Shown here: positions 1 through 9,621 of the stretch, piece by piece | Position numbering within the stretch: the first letter of the stretch is position 1 | Layout: every line of letters begins with the position of its first letter | Source: Terriglobia bacterium | GTDB lineage: Bacteria > Acidobacteriota > Polarisedimenticolia > Polarisedimenticolales > JAIQFR01 | DNA: 64,000 nt | NCBI GenBank assembly: GCA_963748015.1 | Contig: CAVVHE010000004.1 | Coordinates: 352,001-416,000, forward strand | Reading direction: 5' to 3' | The notes under the pieces: generated by a model | Seen by the model: the letters and a program-made list of their open reading frames with translations, nothing else | The model's database searches: none | What the model was told of the DNA's origin: nothing | Program-made: the position numbers and the translations under genes

Positions 1-609
1 GACGCGTGGCACCTGTTCCTCGCGTATATCCTCGAGTTGTGGACGGGCGTCGCCCTGCCTCTGTTCATCACACTGGAGACCGCGCTGCTGGCCCACACGG
101 AGCACGGCGAGAAGCAGTGGAAGCACCTCTTCGCCCTGCCGGTCCCGCGGTGGGCGTACTACGCGGCCAAGTGGCTGGTGACCGCGCTGCTCGTCCTGCT
201 CGGTGAGATCGTCCTCGCGGGCGGCACCGTCCTGGCGGGCTACGCGGTGCGCTGGCTGAAGCCGGCACTCGACCTCGGGCCGGTCGCGCCGGTCGGTTTG
301 CTGGTGCGGACCCTTCTCCTCGTGTACCTGATCTCTCTCCTGATTCTCTCCATCCACACCTGGGTCGCGCTACGTTTCCGCAGCTTCACGGTCAGCGTCG
401 GGGTCGGGATGGCGGCCGCGGTCGTCAACATCATGGTCTTCAAGTCGGAAGACGCGATGCGCTACTACCCCTGGGCGCTGCCGTTGAACGCCCTGCCCGA
501 GCTGGCCGCCCTCGCGAACATCCCCTACGCTCTCGCCGTCGGGATGCTCGGAGGCCTCGTCGTGGCCGTCGCAGGAACGTGGGAGACCGGGCGCCGCGAC
601 GTGCTGTGA
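1..609 (+). CDS. ABC transporter permease (ABC-2/lantibiotic-immunity-type membrane subunit), 5'-truncated by window edge
   Basis: Frame 1 is open from base 1. Multi-TM hydrophobic protein with 'EHGEKQWKHLFALPVPRWAYYAAKW' motif and 'YYPWALP', typical of this permease family. Confidence 0.8.
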   Translation, partial: DAWHLFLAYILELWTGVALPLFITLETALLAHTEHGEKQWKHLFALPVPRWAYYAAKWLVTALLVLLGEIVLAGGTVLAGYAVRWLKPALDLGPVAPVGLLVRTLLLVYLISLLILSIHTWVALRFRSFTVSVGVGMAAAVVNIMVFKSEDAMRYYPWALPLNALPELAALANIPYALAVGMLGGLVVAVAGTWETGRRDVL

Positions 610-669
610 GCCCGGATCCGAGGGCCGGTGTATCGTAGCGGTTTTCGGGTTCCAGGGCAGGAGGCTCCC

Positions 670-1998
670 GTGAGGCGAATCAGGGCTTGGCAGGTGCTGG
701 TTGTGCTCGCGGCCTGCGGTCTCGGCTGGGCAGGGGAGGCCGGGCCGCGCTTCTCGATATCCGATGCCGACGTCGAGGCGATCTACCCGGACGTCGAAAA
801 GGTGTACGTGGATCTCCACCAGACTCCGGAGCTTTCAGGGCAGGAGGTCCGGACCGCCGCGAAGATGGCGGAGGCGCTGCGCAAGCTCGGCTACGACGTG
901 ACGACGGGGGTCGGCGGCAACGGGGTGGTCGGCGTGCTGCGCAACGGCACGGGCCCCGTCGTGATGCTGCGAACGGACATGGACGCCTTGCCGGTCGAGG
1001 AGAGAACGGGCCTGCCGTACGCGAGCCGCGTCAAGGCGAAGAACCCCGCGGGGCAGGAAGTCGGCGTCATGCACGCCTGCGGGCACGACCTCCACATGTC
1101 CGCGTGGCTCGGCACCGCGCGGCTGATGGCGGAGAAGAAGAGCGGCTGGAGCGGCACCCTGGTCCTGATCGGGCAGCCGGCCGAGGAGCTGGCCGGCGGC
1201 GCCGTGCCGATGCTGAAGGACGGGCTGTACGCGCGCTTCCCGAAGCCGGACTACGTGCTGGCGATCCACGATCAGAGCGGGCTCCCCTCCGGCACGGTCG
1301 AGACCAACACGGGGTACGTGACCGCGAACGTGGATTCGGTGGACATCACCATCTACGGCCGCGGAAGCCACGGCGCGAAGCCGGAGCTCTCGGTGGACCC
1401 GATCGTGATCGCCGCGCGCACGGTCCTCACCCTCCAGACGCTGATCTCCCGCGAGAAGGACCCGCAGCAGCCGGCCGTGCTCACCGTGGGCTCGATCCAC
1501 GGCGGCACCAAGCACAACATCATCCCCGACGAGGTCAAGCTCCAGCTGACCGTGCGCACGTACTCGGAGGACGTGAGGACGCGCCTGCTCGAAGGGATCC
1601 GCAGGATCGCGAAGGCCGAAGCGGAGGCCGCGGGGGCGCCGAAGCCGCCGCTCGTCACCGAGGCGGAGGCGCGAGGTTACGCGATCTACAACGATCCCGA
1701 GCTGACGAAGCGCGTGGTCGCCGCGCTGGCGGCGCGCCTCGGGGCGGATCGCGTGAAGACGATGGTGCCGCAGATGGTGTCCGAGGACTTCTCGGAATAC
1801 GGCCGGGCCGGCGTGCCCTCGGCGATGCTCTTCGTCGGCGCCACGGAGCCCGCGCTCTGCGAGGCCGCGAAGAAGACCGGCGAGCCGCCGCCGTCGCTCC
1901 ACGCGCCAAACTTCGCCCCGGACCTCGAGCGGACCCTGAAAACCGCGATAGTCACGGAAACGACGGCACTCCTCGGCGTGCTCGGGCCGGGAAAGTAG
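670..1998 (+). CDS. M20D family amidohydrolase with N-terminal signal peptide
   Basis: Motifs 'LHQTPELS', 'RTDMDALP', 'MHACGHD', 'QPAEE', 'GSHGAKP', 'SEDF'. GTG start at 670 follows the RBS CAGGAGG. Confidence 0.9.
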   Translation: MRRIRAWQVLVVLAACGLGWAGEAGPRFSISDADVEAIYPDVEKVYVDLHQTPELSGQEVRTAAKMAEALRKLGYDVTTGVGGNGVVGVLRNGTGPVVMLRTDMDALPVEERTGLPYASRVKAKNPAGQEVGVMHACGHDLHMSAWLGTARLMAEKKSGWSGTLVLIGQPAEELAGGAVPMLKDGLYARFPKPDYVLAIHDQSGLPSGTVETNTGYVTANVDSVDITIYGRGSHGAKPELSVDPIVIAARTVLTLQTLISREKDPQQPAVLTVGSIHGGTKHNIIPDEVKLQLTVRTYSEDVRTRLLEGIRRIAKAEAEAAGAPKPPLVTEAEARGYAIYNDPELTKRVVAALAARLGADRVKTMVPQMVSEDFSEYGRAGVPSAMLFVGATEPALCEAAKKTGEPPPSLHAPNFAPDLERTLKTAIVTETTALLGVLGPGK

Positions 1999-2164
1999 AG
2001 GAAACTGCCGGCACGGCTTGCCCGGGGCCGCTCCGGCTCTCATCTTTTCACCAGGACTCGCCAGCCGGGCCGGACGCGCGCGGGTGCGCGTGCTCCGAGG
2101 CCGGCCCCGGGCCGAGACGCGGGGGGAACTCGGCCGCGACCACCGTCGCAGAAAGCGAATCGGA

Positions 2165-4069
2165 GTGGCCCAAGAAACGTACGCGGTATCGTTCCCGCTC
2201 ACCGTCGTCGTTCGAGTATCGCTCGTCGCCGGCTTCTGCGGTCTCGCGGCGCCATGGATGGCAGCCGAGGAGTTTCCCCACCCGTCGGCGCTGCTGTCGC
2301 CGCTCTTTCTCGCGGCGGTCGCGGCGGGTTTCGTCTTGCCGCGCCTGACCGGCTTTCTCCCGGTGCTCGCGGCGGTGGGTGTCGCGGGATGGGTGGCGAT
2401 CAGCGGCCCGTTCCGCGGCACGCTGCTCGGGCTCGAGGGCTTCCCTTCGGACGATGTCGTCCTCGGATTCCTCTCCCTCTGCCTCGCGCTCGTGCTCTTC
2501 GATGCTTCGCGCTCGCGGTACCTCACGAGCCGTCCGAGGCCGAGGTGGATTCCGATCGGCGGACGGACGCTCGCCTACGGCGTCGCGCTGCCGCTGGTCC
2601 TGCTCTCGCTGGCCTCGTTCCTGCTCGTGAACGGGGCGACCGTGCGGCAGGCCGGGCTCTTTCTCGCGTCGCTGCTCTTCGGGGCGGCGACCGCGGACCT
2701 TTTCTTCCGCGCGGGGAGGGCCGCGGGCCCGGCGAGCGCCGCGAAGCGCTGGCTCCGCTGGGCCGTCCCGGGGCTCATCCTCTTCCCATGCGCCGCTTTC
2801 GCCGCGGAGTGGTGGGCGGAACGCGAGCCGCCGGAGCAGGCCCCCACGCGGATGGGGCTGGCCGTCGGTCTCTACGCCGATCTCAGTCTCCTGTTCCCCC
2901 ACTGGGACACGGCTCCTGTCGGGCCGGACGATCTCTGGCAGCGATACCGGCCGCGGCTGAGCGCGGGCGACCGGGCCTGCGGCGAGAGCACCGAGCCCTG
3001 CGCTCCCTATCTCCACGCCCTGCGCGAAATGCTCGCCGTGCTGCAGAACGGCCACACGGGCGTCGTGATCGAAATGGAGGAGGGGGGATTCCCTGTGAGC
3101 ATCGAACCGGTCGAGGGGAAAGCGGCGATCACCTACGTGGAAGAAGGTTCCGCCGCCGCGCAGGCGGGCCTCGAGCCCGGAGTGGTGATCCTCGAGGTGG
3201 ACGGGGAGCCGGTCGAGGAAGTCCTGCGAAAGACCCCTGCCTATCGGAACCCGGGGGCGTCGCGCCGCACGCGGGAGTACGACGCGTACCAGTCGCTGCT
3301 CGATGGGATGCCCGGTACGGCGGTGACGCTGAGCGTCGCGACGGGTGCGGGCGTTCGACGGAGCGTGACGCTCAGGCGGGAGCGTCTCGAGCTGGAGTCG
3401 ATACACGACCTGGACGAGGGGGAGTCGCCGCTGTACTTCGGGAGGGCGAAGAGCGGGTTCGTCTTCGCCACGCTGAGCGGCTTCCAAGGTAGCGACCTCG
3501 AAACGAAGCTCGACCTCCTGCTGAAAGAGCTGGAGGGGTCGAAGGGGCTGATCCTAGACCTGCGAGACAACTCAGGGGGCGACATCGATCTCGCGATGGA
3601 CCTCGCTACCCGTTTTCTTCCGGAGCGCATCGTGATTGGAAGCCTCTGCAGCTATGCCGACCTGTCGTCGGAAGAGGCCGAGATGTCGTGCGAGGAGCTG
3701 GCGGTCGAGCCCCACACCACCCGTTATGCGGGCAAGGTGGCCGTCCTCGTCAACGAGAGCACGGCCAGCGCCGCGGAGATCGAGGCCTACGCGCTCTGCC
3801 GCACGGGGAGGGCGCGGTGCTTCGGAAGGCCCACCGCGGGGGAGACGGATACCACCGAGTTCACCGACCTCCCGGGCGGATACGCGCAGATCGGCACCGG
3901 CGAGTTCAGGCCGAGCATCGGCCCCACTCTTTACGGCGCCGGACTGGATCCCGACGTCCTCGTCACGCCCAAGCTGGAGGACTATCGGCTGGGCCTCGAC
4001 CCCGACAGGCGCGCCGCCCGAGAGTGGTTGCTGGGCAACGGCGAGAGTCGGGCCGGCGGGACACGATAG
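2165..4069 (+). CDS. S41 family peptidase with N-terminal multi-TM region and PDZ domain
   Basis: 'GLILDLRDNSGG' and 'VLVNESTASAAE' (catalytic Ser); PDZ-like 'EEGSAAAQAGLEPGVVILEVDG'; about 6 hydrophobic segments at the N-terminus. Start uncertain (GTG 2165). Confidence 0.8.
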   Translation: MAQETYAVSFPLTVVVRVSLVAGFCGLAAPWMAAEEFPHPSALLSPLFLAAVAAGFVLPRLTGFLPVLAAVGVAGWVAISGPFRGTLLGLEGFPSDDVVLGFLSLCLALVLFDASRSRYLTSRPRPRWIPIGGRTLAYGVALPLVLLSLASFLLVNGATVRQAGLFLASLLFGAATADLFFRAGRAAGPASAAKRWLRWAVPGLILFPCAAFAAEWWAEREPPEQAPTRMGLAVGLYADLSLLFPHWDTAPVGPDDLWQRYRPRLSAGDRACGESTEPCAPYLHALREMLAVLQNGHTGVVIEMEEGGFPVSIEPVEGKAAITYVEEGSAAAQAGLEPGVVILEVDGEPVEEVLRKTPAYRNPGASRRTREYDAYQSLLDGMPGTAVTLSVATGAGVRRSVTLRRERLELESIHDLDEGESPLYFGRAKSGFVFATLSGFQGSDLETKLDLLLKELEGSKGLILDLRDNSGGDIDLAMDLATRFLPERIVIGSLCSYADLSSEEAEMSCEELAVEPHTTRYAGKVAVLVNESTASAAEIEAYALCRTGRARCFGRPTAGETDTTEFTDLPGGYAQIGTGEFRPSIGPTLYGAGLDPDVLVTPKLEDYRLGLDPDRRAAREWLLGNGESRAGGTR

Positions 4070-4167
4070 GCCGAGATCAACGAACGCTTGCGCCGCGCCC
4101 GAACTGGCGGTACATGTCCTTTGGATGGGTGTGGGGCTGCCCACCTTTCTCCAGGAGGACCACTGCC

Positions 4168-4821
4168 ATGGCGACCCATCGAAGGCTCCTCGTACTCGGC
4201 TTCATCGTCCTGTCCGCGCTGGTTCTCGTTGCGTGCTCCGGCGGCGCGACAGGGACGGTGTTGGACGGCAAGGGCCAGCTCAGGATCGTCGTGTCCACGG
4301 CCTCGGGAACCGCCGCGGCGTCCTCGACCGGCGGCGGCTCCCTGGCGAAGAGCGCGGACGGGCACCTCTTCTCGGACGTCCCGTCGCCGAACCACGAGCA
4401 TCCGGACCTGTCGCTTCAGGCGGCCAACGTCACGTTCTCGAGCATCCTCGCGCGGACGCTCGACGGGCAGCTGATCAACGTCACGATCGCGCTCCCCGTC
4501 ACCGTGGACCTGCTGTCGCTCGGGACCGGGAAGGATGCAACGCTTCCGATCGGCTTCCTGCCGCCCGGCACCTACGACCAGCTCGTGGTCGTGATGACCG
4601 AGGTGGAGCTCGTGCTCCAGGACGGCACGAAGGTCGCCATCACGCCCCCCGGCGGAGGATGGACCGCGATCGTGGGCGTTGCCGCGCCGTTCACCGTGGT
4701 CGAGGGCGAGACAACGAGCGTCACGATCAAGTTCCGTAGGGATCTGTCGTTCGGTCTCGGCGGCGGTGGCTGGGAATTCCATCCCAGGTTCGACTGCGGG
4801 GATCAGGACCACGACGACTGA
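4168..4821 (+). CDS. Lipoprotein, DUF4382-like
   Basis: RBS CAGGAGGA then ATG 4168; lipobox LVAC; 'VDLLSL...LPPGTYDQL...VVEGETTSVTIKF' pattern. Confidence 0.7.
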   Translation: MATHRRLLVLGFIVLSALVLVACSGGATGTVLDGKGQLRIVVSTASGTAAASSTGGGSLAKSADGHLFSDVPSPNHEHPDLSLQAANVTFSSILARTLDGQLINVTIALPVTVDLLSLGTGKDATLPIGFLPPGTYDQLVVVMTEVELVLQDGTKVAITPPGGGWTAIVGVAAPFTVVEGETTSVTIKFRRDLSFGLGGGGWEFHPRFDCGDQDHDD

Positions 4822-4853
4822 GGCTCGAGCCCCGGCGGGGCGGCGGTCCGGCG

Positions 4854-4900
4854 GTTGACCCCACGTTGACCGGTACTCTGGGCCCCGGAAGTGATAGTCT
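4854..4900 (+). promoter_or_regulatory. Candidate kup promoter: GTTGACC direct repeat plus extended -10
   Basis: GTTGACC at 4854-4860 and 4865-4871 (11-bp period); TGnTAGTCT with -10 at 4895-4900. Confidence 0.4.
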
Positions 4901-4914
4901 TCCCCCCGCATAAG

Positions 4915-6836
4915 ATGAGCGCGCTCGCCCCCAGCTCCGGCCACGGAGACGCCACCAGGATCGCGTCCGCGCGGAACCTCGCGAAGGTTGCGGTGGGGGC
5001 GCTTGGCGTGGTGTATGGGGACATCGGCACCTCGCCCCTGTACGCGATCAGGGAGTGTTTCAACCCCGTCCACGGCATGGATCCGAACGTCCCGAACACG
5101 CTCGGCATTCTCTCCTTGGTCTTCTGGGCTCTCACCCTCGTGGTCGTGGTCAAGTACCTCACCTTCGTGATGCGCGCCGACAATCAGGGCGATGGCGGAA
5201 TCCTGGCCCTCCTGGCGCTGGTGATGCCGCAGGGCAACGGCAACGCCGGGCGGCGCAGGCTCGGGCTGATCCTGCTCGGGCTGGTGGGCGCGGCGCTGCT
5301 GTGGTCCGACGGCATGATCACGCCGGCGATCACCGTCCTGGGCGCTGTCGAAGGCCTCGAGATCGCCACCCCGGTCTTCCGGCCGTTCGTGGTTCCGATC
5401 GCGCTCGTGATCCTGGTCGCGTTGTTCCTGTTGCAGAGGCGCGGCACGGGGAAGATCGGCGCGATGTTCGGGCCGGTGATGGTGGTATGGTTCGTCGCCA
5501 TCGCCGCCCTTGGAATCCCATGGATCCTGCGGGAGCCTCGAGTCCTAGCAGGCGCTCAACCCGGTCTGGGCGTTCCGTTTCATGGCCGAGCACCAATGGC
5601 ACGGCTTCCTGATTCTCGGCGCCGTCATGCTGTGCATCACCGGAGCGGAGGCGCTCTACGCCGACATGGGCCACTTCGGGCGGATTCCGATCCGGATCGC
5701 ATGGTATCTGGTCGTCTTCCCCGCCCTGCTGCTGAATTACTTCGGCCAGGGGGCGCTTCTCCTGGCCCGGGGCGTGGTCGCGGACGAGAACCCGTTCTTC
5801 CTGCTGGCGCCGCCCCAACTCGTTCTCCCGCTGGTCGTGCTCTCGACCGCCGCGGCGGTCATCGCCTCCCAGGCGCTGATCACCGGGGCGTTCTCGCTCG
5901 GCCAGCAGGCGGTGCAGCTCGGCTACTCGCCGCGACTCACGATCGTGCACACCTCGCATCAGACCCGCGGCCAGATCTACGTCCCCGAGATCAACACCGC
6001 CTTGATGGTCGCCTGCCTCGGGCTCACGCTGGCGTTTCAGAAGTCGACCAACCTGGCTGCGGCATACGGCATGTCGGTGGTGGGCACGATGGCCGCCACC
6101 TCGGTGCTGCTCTACGCGGTCGCCCGCCAAAGGTGGGGCTGGAGCCTCTGGCGGGCGGGCGCGCTCACCGGTTTCTTCCTCGCGGTGGACCTGTCCTTCC
6201 TGGCCGCCAACCTCACCAAGATCAGGGACGGCGCGTGGTTCCCGCTGGCGGTCGGGGCCGTTGATCTTCACGGTGATGACCACGTGGAAGCGCGGGAGGG
6301 GGGAGCTGGCCGCGAATCTGCGCAGCGGGTCGTACCCGATCGATCTCTTCATGCAGGAGCTGCCCACGCAGAAGCCGCTGCGGGTAACCGGGACGGCCGT
6401 TTTCATGACTCCCGACACGGATATCGTGCCGGTCGTCCTGCTGCACCACTACAAGCACAACAAGGTCCTGCACGAGAGGGTCCTCCTGCTCTCGATGCGC
6501 ACCGCGGCGGTGCCGTTCGTGCGCAAGCCCGACAAGGTGGAGGTCCACGACCTCGGCAGCGGCTTCTACCAGGTCGTTGGTCACTACGGCTTCATGCAGA
6601 CGCCGAACGTCCCCGAGGTTCTTCACCTCGCGAGGGTGCACGGGATCAAGGTGACGGCGCCCGAGTGCAGTTTCTACCTGGGACGGGAGACCCTGTTCAC
6701 CAACGGCCCGTCGAAGATGTGGCGGTGGCGCAAGTGGCTGTTCGCGTTCCTGTCGCGCAACGCGCGCTCCGCCACCGCGTTCTTCTCGATCCCGCCCAAC
6801 CGCGTGCTCGAGATCGGCACGCAGATCGAGCTCTAG
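4915..6836 (+). pseudogene. kup: Kup/HAK/KT potassium transporter, interrupted by two +1 frameshifts (possibly sequencing errors)
   Basis: 'GVVYGDIGTSPLY', 'GAEALYADMGHFG', 'GQIYVP', 'YGFMQTPNVP', 'EIGTQIEL' lie in three successive frames; extra bases near 5550 and 6260. Confidence 0.9.
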
Positions 6837-6859
6837 TCCGGGCTCGCGGCACCAGATTC

Positions 6860-7267
6860 CTACGTCTCGAGGTCGATCAGGCGCCTCCCGGCGGATCGAG
6901 GGATCGCCTGGCGCGCCTCGTCGAGCCACAGGGTCAGTTTCTCGAAATCCTCGTGGCGGACTCCCGGTAGCCCGTTTCCCCTCTGTCGATGGGAATAGGT
7001 CCAGGCGGCCTCCACGAGAATCTCCACGGAACGCAGTTCGTCGTACGATACCGCCACGCGCGGGTGGAGCGCGCCGTGCACCAGCAGGTTCGTCATCGTC
7101 TCGATGTCGCCGGGGCGGATACGATACATGTCGGGGTCGATGTGGTGACAAGTCGCTTCGATGTACGAGAGTATCTCGAGCAGCTGCCCGTGCTTGGACT
7201 TGTCGATCTCGACGACGGTTCGCTCGAAATCGGAGGAACTCGGGTCTGATGAGCGGGTCATGCGCAT
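6860..7267 (-). CDS. Hypothetical protein (135 aa)
   Basis: RBS GGGAGG before ATG; natural-looking globular composition (VVEIDKSKHGQLLEILSYIEATCHH...); no family recognised. Confidence 0.6.
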   Translation of the reverse strand: MRMTRSSDPSSSDFERTVVEIDKSKHGQLLEILSYIEATCHHIDPDMYRIRPGDIETMTNLLVHGALHPRVAVSYDELRSVEILVEAAWTYSHRQRGNGLPGVRHEDFEKLTLWLDEARQAIPRSAGRRLIDLET

Positions 7268-7651
7268 CTCCCTCCCGAGGCGACCGCGGACCGTCCTCCT
7301 CACCTCGCGGCGACATCGGGCAGAGCTGTCACGCCTGCCTTCGAGTCGAGGCGCGGAGGCCGTACGACCACGGATACGGGGCGAGAAAAAGGTAGCCGAT
7401 AACTTGCGGACGCGCAGCGCCGGGTCGCCACCGGCGCCATCAATGGCGTTGCCGCCACCGTCGTCGGCGACGGCGTCGCACGACCGCCGTCCGAAATGGA
7501 GCAGCCGGGCAGAGCGGACTACTTGGTGGCCCTTCGGCGAGCGGCGACGACGGGACGACCGGCGAGGCCCGAAATCAAGCGCACGGCTTGCGTGGCGCCT
7601 ACTCGCGCCGAGTGGGCTCTCAACGCGATCTTCGTGAGTGATTGATCTGCT

Positions 7652-7727
7652 TGGAGCCGGCACCCAGACTTGAACTGGGGACCTGCTGATTACGAATCAG
7701 CCGCTCTACCGACTGAGCTATGCCGGC
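7652..7727 (-). tRNA. tRNA-Thr(CGT)
   Basis: 76-nt cloverleaf GCCGGCATAGCTCAGTCGGTAGAGCGGCTGATTCGTAATCAGCAGGTCCCCAGTTCAAGTCTGGGTGCCGGCTCCA; anticodon loop TTCGTAA; encoded CCA. Confidence 0.97.
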
Positions 7728-7746
7728 CTGACCGAAAAGCGGGCGA

Positions 7747-7775
7747 AATATAACAAGAAACGGGGTCGGACGCAA
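7747..7775 (-). promoter_or_regulatory. Sigma70-type promoter of tRNA-Thr
   Basis: TTGCGT-N17-TATATT with extended TG, 19 nt upstream of the tRNA. Confidence 0.75.
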
Positions 7776-7893
7776 AGCGGTAGGCCGGCCCTGCCCGCGC
7801 CCCGAAGCAGCCGGCGCGCGGGAGTCGCTCCCCGACGATGACGTTCGCTCGCTCGCGGACGGTTCCGTTCGACCCGCCGGGAGAGGCCCGGGG

Positions 7894-9381
7894 TCACGGG
7901 CAGGGCGCCGCTACCGTACGGATTCCCCCGAAGCTGTTCGTGCCGAGTCCCTTCTCGACGCCGCCGGCGGTGTCGCTCACCAGGTAGTCGAAGCCGATTT
8001 GGAGCGACGTGGGCACGTCGGTATCCACGAACAGCAGGTCGGTCAGGATCGCATCCCGGGAGTTCTGGCAGGTGCCGTAGCCGCCGTCCGGGAAGTGGTC
8101 CGCGTTGAGGTCGGCAAATCCGGAGAGGTTCCCCCGGTACGTGTTGTACCTCGTCGCTCCGGCGATCGCGGTCCACGCGAGGGTGTTGTGGTCGTCGAAT
8201 CTCACGGTGGTCTCGGGGTCGGCCGTGGCGCAGTCCAGCACGAGGGGGACGATGCTCGTGAACTGGCTCGAGTTGCCCGCGAGATCCACGTACGAGGTGT
8301 CCGCGGTCCAGGACCCGCCGGGGCTGAACTGGGGGATGACCACATTGCACGAGAAGGTGCCGCTGTTCCGGGTCCCGGCGGAAGGCGTGGTCGCGACGCA
8401 CTGCTGCTGGTAGGTCGTGAACGTGTCGGGATCCGTGTAGCCGAAGCCGCAGGAGGCGACGTCGACGCCCGCCGGTGAATCGGCCACGATCATCGTGCAC
8501 GTGACCGTCCTCGGGCCCGTCCCGGCGCTGACGGACTTCGGGTTGAAGTCGAAGCTGGTCTCCGACGGCCCGGTGATGTCTTCCGGAACCGAGGTTACGG
8601 CGAGCGTCGTCGTGGGGGAGCCGGTTCCGAAGTTCCCCGCTCCGTCTACCAGGAACACCGAAGTGGTCCAGGTTCCCGCATCGGAGTACCGAGGGAAGGC
8701 CGCCGCGCACGAGAACGTTCCGCTCTGCCTCGTTCCGGAGGCCGGCGCGCTCGACGAGCACCCCCGAGCCTGAGAGCTGCCCGGCGCGGAGAAGGCGCAG
8801 GACGCCGTGCTGACGCCCGATTTGGCGTCGGTGACCGTCATGTTGCACGTGACGTTCTGGGAGGAGCTCGAAGTGTCGATCGAGGGCGTGCCGAGGGTGA
8901 AGCCGGTCAACGCCGGAGCGATGGTATCCGGGTCCGACGTCACGGTGAGGTCGGTCGGGAAACCCGGGGGAAACAGGAACCAGCTCAGCGACGCGTCGTT
9001 GCCGACGGCGTCGGTCGCGGAGAGGTTCGCGCGCCACACCCCGGTCTCGGAGTAACGGGGGAGCGACACGACGCACGAGTACGTCCCGTTCTGCGGCGTG
9101 CCCGAGGACGGAGTCACCGACGAGCAGCTGACCGAGTGCGTGAAGCTCGGCGACTGGAACGAGCAACCGGCCTGGGCGACGCCCGCGATGTCGTCGGTGA
9201 CCGTGATGGTGCAGGTGACGTTCTGGGACGCCGAGGCGGTGTTGACGGACGACGGCGAGAACCCGAACGCGGTGAAGCTCGGGGCCGTCGTGTCGCACTG
9301 CGCCCTCGATGGGAGCGATGCCACGGCGGTCGCCGCGGTGAGTAGTGCAAGAGCTGCGCGCCCGACCAGGACGATCTTCAT
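7894..9381 (-). CDS. Secreted protein with three Cys-containing Ig-like repeats and a distinct C-terminal module
   Basis: RBS GAAGGAGGA; signal peptide; three ~120-aa repeats (DTTAP/DTIAP/DITGP...VTC...SGT..GT.SC....P..S..G.W...D.AGN); ends in '...EKGLGTNSFGGIRTVAAPCP'. Confidence 0.85.
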   Translation of the reverse strand: MKIVLVGRAALALLTAATAVASLPSRAQCDTTAPSFTAFGFSPSSVNTASASQNVTCTITVTDDIAGVAQAGCSFQSPSFTHSVSCSSVTPSSGTPQNGTYSCVVSLPRYSETGVWRANLSATDAVGNDASLSWFLFPPGFPTDLTVTSDPDTIAPALTGFTLGTPSIDTSSSSQNVTCNMTVTDAKSGVSTASCAFSAPGSSQARGCSSSAPASGTRQSGTFSCAAAFPRYSDAGTWTTSVFLVDGAGNFGTGSPTTTLAVTSVPEDITGPSETSFDFNPKSVSAGTGPRTVTCTMIVADSPAGVDVASCGFGYTDPDTFTTYQQQCVATTPSAGTRNSGTFSCNVVIPQFSPGGSWTADTSYVDLAGNSSQFTSIVPLVLDCATADPETTVRFDDHNTLAWTAIAGATRYNTYRGNLSGFADLNADHFPDGGYGTCQNSRDAILTDLLFVDTDVPTSLQIGFDYLVSDTAGGVEKGLGTNSFGGIRTVAAPCP

Positions 9382-9621
9382 GAGCGATCCTCCTTCAACG
9401 TCAGGGTACGGAAGCAACCCAGGACCCCGGCTCCTCCAGGGGCGGCCCGCGGCCGCGCGGATCGCCCCTCCTTCCGGATACGGGGCCGTAGCCTCAATTC
9501 GGGACAATATTAATCCAGTATTTGCCGGGGGGCGACAGCCTGCGGGCCGTCCCGGAGTTCCCGCCCTAGCCGACGGCTCGCTCGCCCCGGGAGTGGCTCG
9601 CCGCGCAGCCGGACGCGCTGC

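Noticed and set aside
6841..6860. Weak similarity to the tRNA-Thr 3' end (possible att remnant)
   Set aside because: Only a short gapped match in GC-rich sequence, expected by chance; no integrase nearby.
7780..7893. Short hairpins here, at 9530-9620 and at 39350-39440 as further repeat copies
   Set aside because: Stems are 10 bp or less and shared motifs are too short to distinguish from chance at this GC content.
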